Shown: positions 1 to 13,676, counted from the first letter of the stretch. The stretch: DNA of 64,000 bases from Lama glama (GCA_028534125.1 CM052832.1:16246001-16310000); one strand, 5' to 3'. A program made the numbers and translations. Notes: generated from the sequence alone by a model not told the origin.

Positions 1-24
1 TCAGGGCCCAGACTCAGAGCCCTA

Positions 25-1647
<1,623 letters not shown>

Positions 1648-1907
1648 CCTGCAGCCACGGCAGCTGCCGTGCAGCCCAGAAGTGTCAGGGGTAGCCCAAA
1701 TGGGCGGAAGTGAAGGCAACTTCCGGCACACTCCCCGCCGAGGGGCGGGCCTAAGCTGGTGGGAGGCCGGGCGGAAGTGTGCGCGCCGCGGGCCGCCCTG
1801 GTTACCGCGTTCTCCGCCCCTCGCTGCGTCATCGCTCTGAGCCCGCAATCCGCTGCCCGCGCGGGCGCCGCCCGAGACCGTCGGGGCCCCGGTTGCCGCC
1901 CCCTCAG
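1648..1907. promoter_or_regulatory. CpG-island bidirectional promoter of SKIV2L and NELFE, including the NELFE non-coding exon 1 (donor CAG|GTAAGG after 1907)
   Basis: The genes are head-to-head. ETS/GABPA motifs GCGGAAGTG 1704-1712, ACTTCCGG 1719-1726 and GCGGAAGTG 1771-1779; GC box near 1743; high CpG density. Confidence 0.85.
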
Positions 1908-2352
1908 GTAAGGCCTTCTCTTTCTCAGCCTTCGCCCCTTTTTTCGGAGCTCCTTCTCTCTTCTTAACCTTTTCGTTGCTCTAAGAGCGATGCGCGGGTT
2001 CCAGTGCTTCCTCTGCTGTTCAGACCCCGCGATTGCCATATAACCCCAGCGAGGTAGGGGGGTCTGGTGCCATCGTCTTCGCGACGGAGAGAGTGTTTCT
2101 CCCTTCCCGGGCCACATGGTGTCCCAAGGTGCTGGTATCCGTGATTCCTGGAGAGAGAAGGGAATGCTGGTTGATCCCGACGGCGGGGGCTTGGACAGCA
2201 GCCTGGTTTAAGCAAGGGGTAGGGAGAAGCAAAAGACAGGAGTAGGTAGGCCTGGAGGGATGGGGTTGGGTTCTGTGTGGACGGCGTGTGAATCCTGGGC
2301 GGTGACAGTGGAGAAAGATGTCTTGGGCCCTGCCCCTGAACCAGGAGCCACC

Positions 2353-5300
2353 ATGTTGGTGATACCCCCCGGACTGAGCGAGGAGGAGGAGGCTCTGCAG
2401 AAGAAATTCAACAAACTCAAGAAAAAGGTGAGGGAGTGTGTGTGGGCATGGCCCAAACTTTCAAAGACTCTACACTCTGAGAACACCTGGGGTGAGTGAG
2501 GGGATGGGGGTGGGGGTGTTCTTCTGCCTCCCACCTGGAGACATATCACCTCTCAGTGTAGCTTCAGAGGTGGACTTTCCCAAGTCTTGGTTTGTACTTT
2601 CTTTTGTCTCTTTTCTATGTAGTCTGCCTTGGAGTTGTCTTCCTTTCTTACGGCTTTTAGTACTACCTAAGAGCTGGTGATCCCCAAGCTCGGTTTTTCG
2701 AGTTCCGTCTAGTCTCGTATTGATAACCTTACGTATCCCAAATTGAAGTTATTACCTTACCATTCTAATCTTGGTCTTCCAAATAGGACTGACTACATTC
2801 AGTTCTCTTGTGTGTTTGGAATTAAAGTCTCATCTCCGTCTTCTCCGCTATTTGCACAACCAAATATTTGCCAAGTCACCTTTATTCTTCCTTTGAAGTA
2901 ATTTCCTCTATTTACTTTTTCCTGTGTATTCTCTAGATCAGGTCTTTGCTGATAGATGCTCACCTAGACTGTTGTAATGGTCTCTCAACAAGTTTCTTTT
3001 TTGGACAGATTTCTTTACTCCTGTCAAAGTGGTACATTGAAAACACAAAACTCTGTCCCTCTTTTTCTCAGAAACTACGCGTGGTTTCATGATGTCTATA
3101 AAACAAAGTCTTAATGTGGCACCTCTTCCTAGTCAAATAGAACTATTCCCTAATCCCAAAACATGCGCTCCCAAAGCCTTCTTATCTCCGCTTCTTTGGC
3201 ACCCTGTTTGCTTTGTCTACAGTCCCCTTTCCTCTCAGTCTGCATTATGTAGATTCTATCCAGGGCCCAGTATAATAGTCTTTTGGCATCAGAAAAACCT
3301 TACTTGCGCTCAGCTACAAACAGTCTGCACCTCCTATAATTATTCTTGACAATTCAGTCTAGTCATCTTACTTCTTAGACTGAAAGCTTCTTGAGGGGAA
3401 AATTTACGTCTCATACTTTTGCATATCCCTGTTTCAAAGTAGTGGGATGTCCTCCTTCTATATGTAGAAGGCGGATGGATGAAGCCTCTGAGAAAGGCAT
3501 GTAGGCTTATACTTAATTGCAGCTTATATCTGAGGGCTCTTGTCTGTGACTGAATTCCTTGTCTTCAACTTGTAAAACATGAGTCTGGAAAGCCTCTGGA
3601 TACCATGGTTTGGATAGATTAGGTATGGCTGGCCTTATAGATGATCTGGGAGGCCTTATAAGAGGCAAGGTTACCTCAGTGTACCATTCCAGGGGCACCA
3701 TGTGCATTAGTTTCTCTGAGAAAGGTGTCGCCTGGAGTGATGCACCTAGGGGCCTTGGGAGAGGACCTGGCCAGGGACTGGCCCTCACCGACCGCTCTCT
3801 TCTCACTGTCATTACCAGAAAAAGGCATTGCTGGCTCTGAAGAAGCAAAGCAGCAGCAGCACAGCCAGCCAAGGTGGTGTCAAACGCTGTGAGTGACAGG
3901 GGGCTGGGGCAGACGAAGTGAGCGGCGTGGGGCCGACCTCTGTCCCAGCCTGGCCAACATAATGCCTCTTTCCCTCACCACTCCAGCACTGTCAGAGCAG
4001 CCTGTGGTGGACACAGCCACAGCAACAGAGCAGGCAAAGCAGCTGGTGAAGTCAGGAGCCATCAGTGCCATCAAGGCCGAGACCAAGAACTCAGGCTTCA
4101 AACGTTCTCGAACCCTAGAGGGAAAGTTAAAGGTGAGCACAAGGAGAAAAGTTGTTCAGGGGATCCTTGACTCCAGAGGGTATCCTTGCAAGTTGAAATG
4201 GAGGTAGGTTTAAGGGAAAAGTAACGCCTGTTCAATCATGCGCAAGTTGCTATCCCATTTTGAGCTTCCAGTTTTTTATCCATAAGGTGAAGAAAATGGG
4301 TGGCTCCTGAATTCTTTGTTTTACACATTCTATGAGTCTAATTCACCACATATTAGAGCTCCTGGATTTTGTTACTCTGAGGAGTTGAACAGGCTGAAAA
4401 TGTCATCAGGTTCAAGAAATTTTTAAGTAAACTAAATACTTTAAGGGTGTATTAAGTTATTTATGAAAAACACCACACAATCAAGTAAGAATGGTACAGA
4501 GGAGTTAACAGAAAAAAAAGATAGGCCAGAGGAAGCCAAGAAGAGGGTGAGGGAGGAGGAGCCCCCACCATCCCATGGTTAGTCAGCCTCCTGCTCCCCC
4601 CCTGAGGTAGCTCTCTCCCACCTTCCCAGGACCCTGAGAAGGGGCCAGTCCCCACTTTCCAGCCATTCCAGAGGAGTGTATCTGCCGACGACGATCTGCA
4701 GGAGGTAATTGTTTCCAATTTTCTGTCTCTGAGGGGCCCAGGATTGAAAAAGACGAGAAACCCACATATTTGGGGCCACATGCCAGCAAAGAGGAATCGT
4801 CTTACCTGTCTTTGGTCTCTCTTTCAGTCGTCCAGACGTCCCCAGAGGAAATCTCTGTATGAGAGGTTAGAGAAAGATAGGACTGGGTCCCATTTGGCTG
4901 GGGAGGGGAGGAAAATAGTGGGGGCATTGCCTGGGTCCTTAGACGATTCGGGACTGGAGTGAGAGGAGCTGGGGCTACGGAGGGAGTGTTGAGTCTCCAC
5001 AGGATCTGGGAAGATGAGGTAGAGGCCCCCTTTGATCCTCATTGTCTGCCTCTCCGCAGTTTTGTATCTTCCAGTGATCGGCTTCGGGAACTGGGGCCAG
5101 ATGGGGAAGAGGCAGAGGGCCCAGGGGCTGGTGATGGCCCCCCTCGAAGCTTTGACTGGGGTTATGAAGAACGTGGTGGTGCCCACTCCTCAGCCTCCCC
5201 ACCCCGAAGCCGCAGCCGGGACCGCAGTCGTGAGCGGAACCGGGACCGAGACCGGGAACGGGACCGAGACCGGGACCGGGACAGAGACCGGGACAGAGAC

Positions 5301-7532
5301 CGCGATCGAGACCGGGACAGGGATCGGGACAGGGACCGAGACCGAGATCGAGACCGGGACAGGGATCGGGACCGAGAGGGCCCTTTCCGCAGTGAGTGAT
5401 CTTGGCTGATAGGGAAGTGACCTCAGATAAGTTTTAGGTGAGTCCCACTAAAGTGGACTCTTAAAGTGGAGGGTAGATAGACTAGGCCTCATGACTAATT
5501 CCTGTCCTGTAGGGTCGGACTCGTTCCCTGAACGCCGGGCCCCGCGGAAGGGGAATACTCTCTATGTGTATGGAGAAGACATGACGCCCACCCTCCTCCG
5601 TGGGGCCTTCTCTCCCTTTGGAAACATCATTGACCTCTCCATGGACCCACCCAGAAAGTAAGGATGACCATGAGGAAAGATGATAAGTCCTAGGAGGACC
5701 CAGGGTGTGAGCCCTAGGGGAGGAAGCTCGCCTGTCTCCACAGCCTGTAACACTGGGTTTGGTGGGGTCCTGAAGAGCCCATAGGCCCTCTACTGACCCT
5801 GTGTTTTCTCATCCCAGCTGTGCCTTCGTCACTTATGAAAAGATGGAGTCAGCAGATCAGGCCGTTGCTGAGGTTGGGACTTCCCAGATCTGTTCTTCCC
5901 ATCCCTCCTGCCATCCTCCTATTTTCCTTCTAAAATGCTGGGATCCAGGAGGAAATCATTTCCTCTTGACAAAAAGTCCCGCCCTGTTCACACAGGAAAC
6001 TTTATACCCTCAGATCCCTACTCAATCTACTTCTAGGGTGGCAGCGCCTAGAAATCCTCCTTTGATTTGTCTGTAATGTTCCCCTGCCATCCTCTGCCCC
6101 CTCCCCTCTTCTGCCCCAGCTCAACGGGACCCAGGTGGAATCCGTACAGCTCAAAGTCAGCATTGCCCGAAAACAGCCCATGCTGGATGCTGCCACTGGC
6201 AAGTCTGTCTGGGGCTCCCTGGGTAAGAACAGGATTCTTCCTCCCTTATCCTGTCCCTCACTAGGTCACCCCTTTTTTTTTGTTCCCCTGCATGTTTCTG
6301 GGTTCCCTAGAGGGGGCAGAGGTCTGGATTTGTGTGGCGGCTGCAGGAATGAGGAGAATTGTCTGGCCCCCTGTCAGTTAGAGGCAGGAGAAGGAGAGAA
6401 AAGGATTGAAGATAATTTCTAAGGCAGTACCAGCACAGGGAAAAAGAGGGGAGTGAGTCAGCTTGGTGAGGAAAATGAGCATCTCATGTGGCGTGTTCAT
6501 TTTGAGATGGAGTATAGCTGGTTTTGTAAAATAAGCCTTTGACGTTAGGGGTCTGGAACTCAGGTGTGAGGTGAGAAATGAAAACACAGATCAGAGTCCT
6601 CTGTATCACAGGGTAGCTGCAAAGTGGTAGTATCAGCGGGGGAGACTGAATTTGGAGAAAAAAATGACCCAGGACTGGGCTTGAGGAGTATTCGGAGACT
6701 ATGTTAGGGAGCAGGGCTGTCCTCCTCACTCCCTACACATCCCCAGCCTCCCGACATGTCAGGCGGAAGTCGAGGATGCAGCAAAGGAGACAGAAGGAGA
6801 GGTCACGGTGCTGAGAGCAGCACCGTCGAGGGTTGTTGAAGCCTAAGGGTACAAGCTTTGAGAAGGAGGAAGTGATCAGCAGTGTCAAGATACACAGCTC
6901 CAGGAGAACGGGGCTTGGTGTGAGGGGTTCACTCTAGCTCCAGAGATAGCGTGGAGGGGCACGGTGTGGGGAGGAAAGGGGAAGGGGAGAGGCAGCTCGA
7001 GGGAGAATTCTTGCGGCCAGAGCTACACCTGGAGTGAGTTCTCCTAATGGGACAAATAACTCATTTTACCTGAAATGGATTTTCGTGCAAAGGGGTGGGT
7101 TCAGAGTGGGAGTGGCACTCTATATAAGAGGAAGGAGCCAGAAATGATCTGCATGTTAACAAAGGGCTATAAAGGTTTTCTAATTTTTAATTTTTGGTGT
7201 ACTAACTGAAAGTAGTAGGTTAACATCATTCACGTGTCTCAACAGTAACATTTGAGGTTTCTTACCTAAGTGGTGTAAAGCTAGAAAGGCCATCCAGCCA
7301 CCAGAGGGCAGCATGGAGGCTGGGCCGCCAAGGGCCAGAGAGAGGGCAGAGGTGTTGAGGTGGTCAGACTCTGGGCCTCAGGTCTCCTCAGTGCTCTCCT
7401 TCGGACCTTAACAAATCCTTTCCTCCCTCCCTAGCTGTCCAGAATAGCCCTAAGGGTTGCCACCGGGACAAGAGGACCCAGATTGTCTACAGTGATGACG
7501 TCTATAAGGAAAACCTTGTGGACGGCTTCTAG
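2353..7532 (+). CDS. NELFE: Negative elongation factor E (RD protein), 378 aa
   Basis: Coding exons 2353-2427, 3819-3888, 3987-4132, 4630-4704, 4828-4865, 5060-5391, 5513-5657, 5818-5872, 6120-6222, 7435-7532 sum to 1137 nt. Kozak GCCACCATG. Contains MLVIPPGLSEEEEALQKKFNKLKKK, the RD repeat and an RRM (GNTLYVYG...NCAFVTYEKMESA), and ends ENLVDGF*. Confidence 0.98.
3889..3986 (+). ncRNA. MIR1236: Intron orthologous to the miR-1236 mirtron (production of a miRNA in this species uncertain)
   Basis: 98-nt NELFE intron starting GTGAGTGACAGGGG and ending TGGCCAACATAATGCCTCTTTCCCTCACCACTCCAG; closely resembles the human mir-1236 precursor as recalled. Confidence 0.45.
5205..5378 (+). repeat. Coding hexanucleotide repeat encoding the NELFE Arg-Asp (RD) dipeptide tract (29 R-X pairs)
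   Basis: CGGGAC/CGAGAC/AGGGAT units; translation RSRSRDRSRERNRDRDRE(RD)nRE. Confidence 0.95.
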
Positions 7533-7580
7533 GGAATGAAGCTGGATTCCGTGTGCCTCATCTGCCCCAACGCTGGTCTC

Positions 7581-7586
7581 AGTAAA
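7581..7586 (+). terminator. Probable NELFE polyadenylation signal (variant AGTAAA)
   Basis: AGTAAA about 50 nt after the stop; no AATAAA on the + strand before the CFB 3' end. Confidence 0.55.
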
Positions 7587-7764
7587 ACACTGAGGTGGAA
7601 GCTTACAGATCTCCCTCAGCCTCTGGTTTTTCAGCACTTGGGACTGGGGTCAAGCCTTTAAAAACAGCCGTTAGTTTTGATCTCAGTTGTAACAACATGG
7701 CCAGTGCACGTTCCCCATTCCTTTACCCCAAAAGGACCTTGAACACAGGTGTTGTCGCAGCTGT

Positions 7765-7770
7765 TTTAAT
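7765..7770 (-). terminator. CFB polyadenylation signal ATTAAA
   Basis: Minus strand reads ATTAAAACAGCTGCGACAAC about 35 nt after the CFB stop. Confidence 0.8.
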
Positions 7771-7803
7771 TTGATCTCATGCCCCTTTCCAGCAGGAAAC
7801 CCT

Positions 7804-10800
7804 TTATAGAAAACCGAGGTCTTCATCTTTGAGTTTCTCCTTGAGCCAGGGCAGCACTTGGAAGAGGTTGATGTAGAAGTCTCGGGCGTGAGCAGGTGGC
7901 TGCTTCTGCCCCTTGCAGACATCCACGACGCCCCAGCTGATCACACCCACCTGGAGAGGGCGAGGGGATACCACCGGTCACTGGGCGGAATTCCTTCCTA
8001 ATCCCAGGAAGCAGCTGTTTGCATTTGAGCTGACGTGGGAGGACTAGACCAGGGGCCCAGCTCAGTCTTATCCTCCAGCACACAGACCAGACACACAGCC
8101 CTAAGTTGGCCAGTTGAAGGAAGAGTCCTAAGGCAGGGCAAGCTCCACCCTCCGCTTTCCAGCCACATGCATTGAGCTTTCCTGCTGTGGGACACAACAC
8201 TGACCACCTGGCATCTCCCCACAGTTAGGAAAGGGGAAACTCACTTGAATGAAGCGACTCTTCTTGTGAATAATCAGAGGGCCACCAGAATCACCTGTGG
8301 GGAGGAAGAGCTGTAGGGGAAGACTCTTGGGCCCCAGGAACTTACAGCACAACCAAAGAGCCTTCTCTCACCTTTGCAAGTGTTGGGGTCAGCGTAGGGA
8401 GCCACCCCTCCAGTGCAAAGGAACCTGGGGGTGACCACCTCAGAGACGTCTTTGACTTTGTCATAGCCTGGGGCACGCAGAGCATCTCTCTCACAGGCGG
8501 TTTTCTGTAGGTGGGGTAGGAAGCACAGAGGAGGAAGAGGTGAAGAACAGAGCTTGCTTAGGAAGAATTGGGGCCTAAAGGACCCCTTCAGGATCCCACG
8601 TTCCTCACCTTTTCCCCATTCTTGATGTAGACCTCCTTCCGTATCAGTTTCTTTTCTTTGGGCAACTCAGACACAAACAGAGCTTTGATATCCTTTGCAG
8701 GGAGCAGCTCTTCCCCTAGACAAGTGGACAGACTGGGTCATTTTGGCACCCTTCCACCCCCCCACCATCTATCCATTTCTTTGTCACTCAGCCAATGTCC
8801 CTCAGCCCCTTCGTGTGAGCTGGAGCCTGGGCTGGGCATCACCTACAGCTCCCCCTCATGCCTCATTTGCCTCTTGGAATCTCACCCTTTTGCTCCTCTC
8901 CCAGAATATGTCTTACTCTGTTGCTGGCAAGTGGTTAGCCTTGGAAGCCTCAAGGCTTGATTGGATCCCTCAGTGCAAGGGAGACAAATGGGCCTGTTAA
9001 GGAGAGACAGGGACACTCAGGGATGGTGAACTCTGGACCTGCCCCAGTCTCCCAGCCCTCCCTCTCCCGGCCTTTTCTCCTCAGGGATCCAGCTGGCTCA
9101 CCTGGTGGTCTGATCATATGTCAGCTTCTTCCTGAGTTTGATCAGGGCCACATCATAGTCATAAAATTCAGGAATTCCTTCTGCTTTTTTCGCATTGAGG
9201 TCATAGTTTGGGTGAAATATGACTTCCTCTATCTGCAGGGCCTGATTCTTCCCTCCTGAAGTAGGAAAGTGGGTACTTGTAGACCACTCACTTTTGGGAG
9301 AAGCCTCCTGCCTCGAGCCCCATGTCATCCCTAATTTCAGTCTTCCCCATCCCTAACTGGTCCAGCATGCAAGGGAGGGAGCTACACTGAGGACCAGTGG
9401 AGTGTGGGCTCAAGAAGTGGCAGGTCCTGCCCAGAGGGCACGGCTGAAGTTCAGGACTGACAGGTTGCTTCCTTACCCACGCTGACCTTGATTGAGTGAG
9501 CCTCATCCTCCACCGTGAAACAGTGTGCGGCTGTCAGCACAAAGTACTCAGATACCACAGCACCCATACAGTTCTCATGTCCCCTCGAGGGGCGCTAGGA
9601 ACAGAGCAGCAGAGGGGGGAAGCTCGCCTTTCACAAACACCACAACCTAATGTGAACAGACTGCTCTTCCCCCACCTTCATTTCACCCTGACCTCACCTC
9701 CCATGAGTCCCCACCAGCACTTACAGTGACTGAAATCTTGGCGTGCCATGGTTGCTTGTGGTAGTCAGTACCTCCCTTGTGCTCCCAAACCATGCCACAG
9801 AGGCCCAGAGTCCGGCTTTCATCTGGCAAGAAAGGAGAATGTGCTGAAAGCTGGCCCTTCACTTCCAAATGGCAGCGGTCTTTTGGGGAGGGACATGTAT
9901 GTGTCTGGGGAGCAGAGGCCCATAGGAGGAAGGGAGGGGCAGGGGCACTTGCTTCTTTATGCTGAGAGTAAGAAACCACTGTGGTATCGTGAAGAGAACG
10001 TGGGACTCGGATTAGAGACCCAGCGACTTTCAGGCCCAACTCTTGCTAGCCTGCTGTTCCTGGATCTCTCCAGGCCTTAATTTCCACATCTGTAAAACAA
10101 GGGACTCTAGAAAGCTCTCCGACTTCAATCAGAGCCCTGTGAGTCTAAAATCAGAGAATGGACAGTGCCAGGAGGCAAGAATAGTGACACCGAGGTAGAG
10201 AAGAAAGAATGAGAAAGGACTTGCAGGCTGCCAGGGCTTTGGGAGGAGTGGGCGAATGAGTGACCTTGGGAGGCCTGGAGAGGACTGAGTTTCCTGACCA
10301 TCTTCTACCCTTCCGGTATCTGCCTACCAAGCATTTGAATGAAAACATTCTCCAGGTCCTCCATGTCCTTGACTTTGAACACGTGTTGCTCTTTATCCTT
10401 CTTGGAAGCCAAAGCATTGATGTTCTCTTGGTTCACCAGAGGCCCAACCCCGAACACATAGATGTCTGAGGGAGAAAAAGGGAGAGTGAGGGTCAAGGCC
10501 CTAAGTGGGCAGGAGCTGAGAAAGTGGGGTGCTGGGTCCTGGGCACTGAAACGCACCCAGATAATCCTCCCTTGGGTTCTTGCGACTTCTACCAATGTCC
10601 AGCAAGTCCCGGATATCATGAATGGCAGAGACTGGATCCCCGCCCATGTTGTGCAAGCCTGCAGGAGAGACAGGGCCATGAAGGTAGGAGACAAGGAGGG
10701 GAGAGGGTCAAGGAAGAGAAACTGGCTAGAAGGAGTGACACCTATGGCTGAGTGAGCAGATTGGGGAGGTGATGGAAGTGACAGATCATAGCTTTAAAGA

Positions 10801-13676
10801 AAAGGGTCCCTCCTTATAAAGGTTCCCAGGAGAGATGGACAAATTCAGTGCCCTGAGCAGCAGTCAGGGCCCCAGCCATGAGTCCAGTGTTACATGTGGA
10901 CTTAAGGGCCATACGCTGGTGTGAGAGGGTGGGGAGTCGGGCAGGAGAAAGGCCCCTCTGACCATCAGTCATGAGGATGATGACATGGCGGGTGCGGTTC
11001 CAGGTTTCAGGTAAGGTGTTCACTTCCCTGCTCATCATGTTGTATATTTCCAGGAGGGCCTTCTTGGTGTTTGTCCCTGCCTTCAGCTTGTGATCTGTGG
11101 AAAGGGAAGAAATCATCACCTCGCCTGGTCTTCCAAGCCATCCGTGTCCCCAGAGGCCTACCAGTAACCCACGTTTTTGAACTTTCTGAGTTGTCACCCC
11201 CACTGACTTCCCTTTGATGACAAAGTGACCCTCTCAGTTCCAACAGACTCCCCAGTGACCCTGCTGTCCAACTAGAAAAAGTAGTCTTCCCTGCCCCACC
11301 ATATGGTCTCACTCCTCACTCCCCACAACACCCCTGAAACTTGTGATCTCTCTGACCCTAAAGTGAACTTCCCACCATTCCCTTCCTTGACCTCTGACCT
11401 TCGTAGTTGATCTGGTTGACCTTCTCTGTGACCCAGTCTGCATCACTGCTCGTTGCGTCAGACACTTTGATCAAAACTTTGGGATATGTGGCATATGTCA
11501 CTAGACCATATTTTGGCTTCACCCCATAACTTGCCACCTGTGGGTGAGGGAAGCAAGTGGGAGAATTCAGTAGCTTTGCTAGGATAGGCAGGGAAGGCCA
11601 GAGTAAGAGATTCAAGGACTGATTCGTCACCTGGGGTTCTTGGAGGAGTCTGGGTTAAAGGTCAAGAAACTGCTTCAAGTAAAAGTGAAGGAGGACAGAA
11701 CAGGACCTGGAGATTTTCTGGGACCCTGTGGCTCAGAGCGGCTGGGAGCTCCAAGGGCTAATCCCAGCAGGGCAGCCAGATCCATTCAGGGTCCCCACGT
11801 TCAAGGGGAGGGGATTTCACCTTCTCAATGAAGTCTCTAAGACAGTTCTTGGCTCCTGTGAAGTTGTGGGCCCCAATGCTGTCTGATGCATCCAGCACCA
11901 GGTAGATGTTCATGGAGCCCGAGGGGTCCAGGACAATCCTCCTCTTCTGTTGTTCCCCTGGGTGCCACCAGAGAGACTCATGGTTCTCCTGCCCCTTCTC
12001 CATCCTCCAACCCCACCCCCACCTCGCTTCCCATCTCTGCCTTCACACCTGGAATGTGTCCATCCTCAGCATCAACTCCTTCTATGGTCTCTGTCAGGGA
12101 GGATAGGAAGGCTTCGGCCACCTCTCCAGGGGTGTCATACATAAAGGAGTCTGAGAGAGGTCAGAAATCAGGTCAAATGTCTGGGAGGTCAGGGACACAG
12201 TGACCAGAGAGACAGGGTATGGTGGATTTCTGGGGTAGAAAGGGCTCAGAAGTGAGAGAGTCCTAAAGGGGTGTTTAAGAGTGAGGAAGGAGCTGGCTTG
12301 CAGTAGGGAGAAGGCAGTGCCCTCGTGTGGGGATGTGAGGATGATGAGCAAGATCTGACCTGACTGTACAGCTCAAGAGTCACCTTGGCAGGAAGGCTCC
12401 GTTCCACTCCAAGAGCCACCCTCCTGGCATTTGCGCTGCTGGGAGCCCCGTAGGGTGAGCCCCCGGTTGCAGTAGTAGGTGACAGTGTCTTCAAGGCGGT
12501 ACTGGCTGCCCACCTTCCTTGTGCCAATAGGGATGCCCGGGTTCGGGCAGTACCCCGCTGTGGAAGCATGAGATGCGGAGGTGAAGGCCAAAGCCGGAGG
12601 CCCGGAGAGCAAGGTGGAGCACAAGAGCTCTGGTGCCAGTTCCTCAGGCTGAGGTGGTCAGGGCGAGGGTGCCGTCATGGAGAGAGGGGAAGTTTCTCAC
12701 CTCCATCATCACAGATGGCCGTTTGCCCGTCCCACCGACCATTCTCTTGGCAGGTGCGATTGGCAGAGCCCCGGAGAGTGTAACCATCGTAGCAGCGGAA
12801 AGTGATCTGTTCACTCAAATTGTAGTAGGCAGCCCTGGGCCAGTACTCCCCGTTCTCAAAGTCCTGTGGTCTGGGGCAGCGAATTGCTTTGGGGGAGGGG
12901 AACAAGTAGAAGTGACCGAGAGGGAAGGGCTGCCCTTTAGGACATCCCTCCTGGTCTCAGGGACCCTGTCACTGAGAAACAGTGTCTTCTCGATCCCACA
13001 GGATCAGCTACTAGCCTCAACCCATGAGGAGTCCAGCCACTCACCCTCCCCATTTCTGAATGTTCTTTCAGCTGCCAGGGCTGCCTGACACAGTCAATGC
13101 TTAGTAAAGTTTAGCCCCCTTGCTGCTCCCTCCATCCCACCGCCAACCCTTGCTCGGCTCCCACCCCTGTTCAGCCCGCCTGGTCAGACTGCCTCGTCTC
13201 AACACAACTCTAATCTTGTCCAAGTCTGGGTCGTGGCCACCACCTGCTCCGTCCCTCTGCTGGCCCATGCCTCCCTTCGCTGCCCTCCAACCTTTGCATT
13301 CGGCCCTCTTGACAATCTTTCTGTCTTGAGTCTTCAGGGTGCTCCAGGACCCTGTGGATCTGCAGGTGCGAATCTGCGCAGGGTACGGGTAGAAGCCAGA
13401 AGGGCACACGTACTCCAGTGCCTGCCCCTCCTTGAGCAGCCGAAAGGAGCCACCTTTGATCTCTACTCCCTCCAGAGAGCAGGTGCTCTGGGGCCCAGCC
13501 TCAGGCAATGGCGTCATGCTCGCACCTAAAGAGGAAGGCCCGTGAAGCCCAGGCTCACAAGGCCAAGGAGGGATCCTGGGGGCAGCAGGAGGGAGCCTGT
13601 GAGGGCACTTACCTCCAGACAAGAGGGCCAGGATCAAGGGGGCTAGGCAGGGTCGGCAGCTGCGACTGCTCCCCAT
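7804..13676 (-). CDS. CFB: Complement factor B, 763 aa (3 CCP, vWA, serine protease)
   Basis: 18 exons: 13676-13613, 13525-13292, 12886-12701, 12557-12384, 12150-12049, 11957-11821, 11537-11399, 11094-10963, 10658-10557, 10465-10328, 9822-9725, 9594-9477, 9255-9102, 8993-8917, 8715-8609, 8504-8372, 8294-8245, 7950-7804 (2292 nt). Motifs: [45 protein letters not shown]-terminus DEDLGFL*. Confidence 0.98.

Noticed and set aside
5032..5409. Alternative-frame GT/ET repeat ORF over NELFE exon 7
   Set aside because: Frame-shifted shadow of the RD hexamer repeat.
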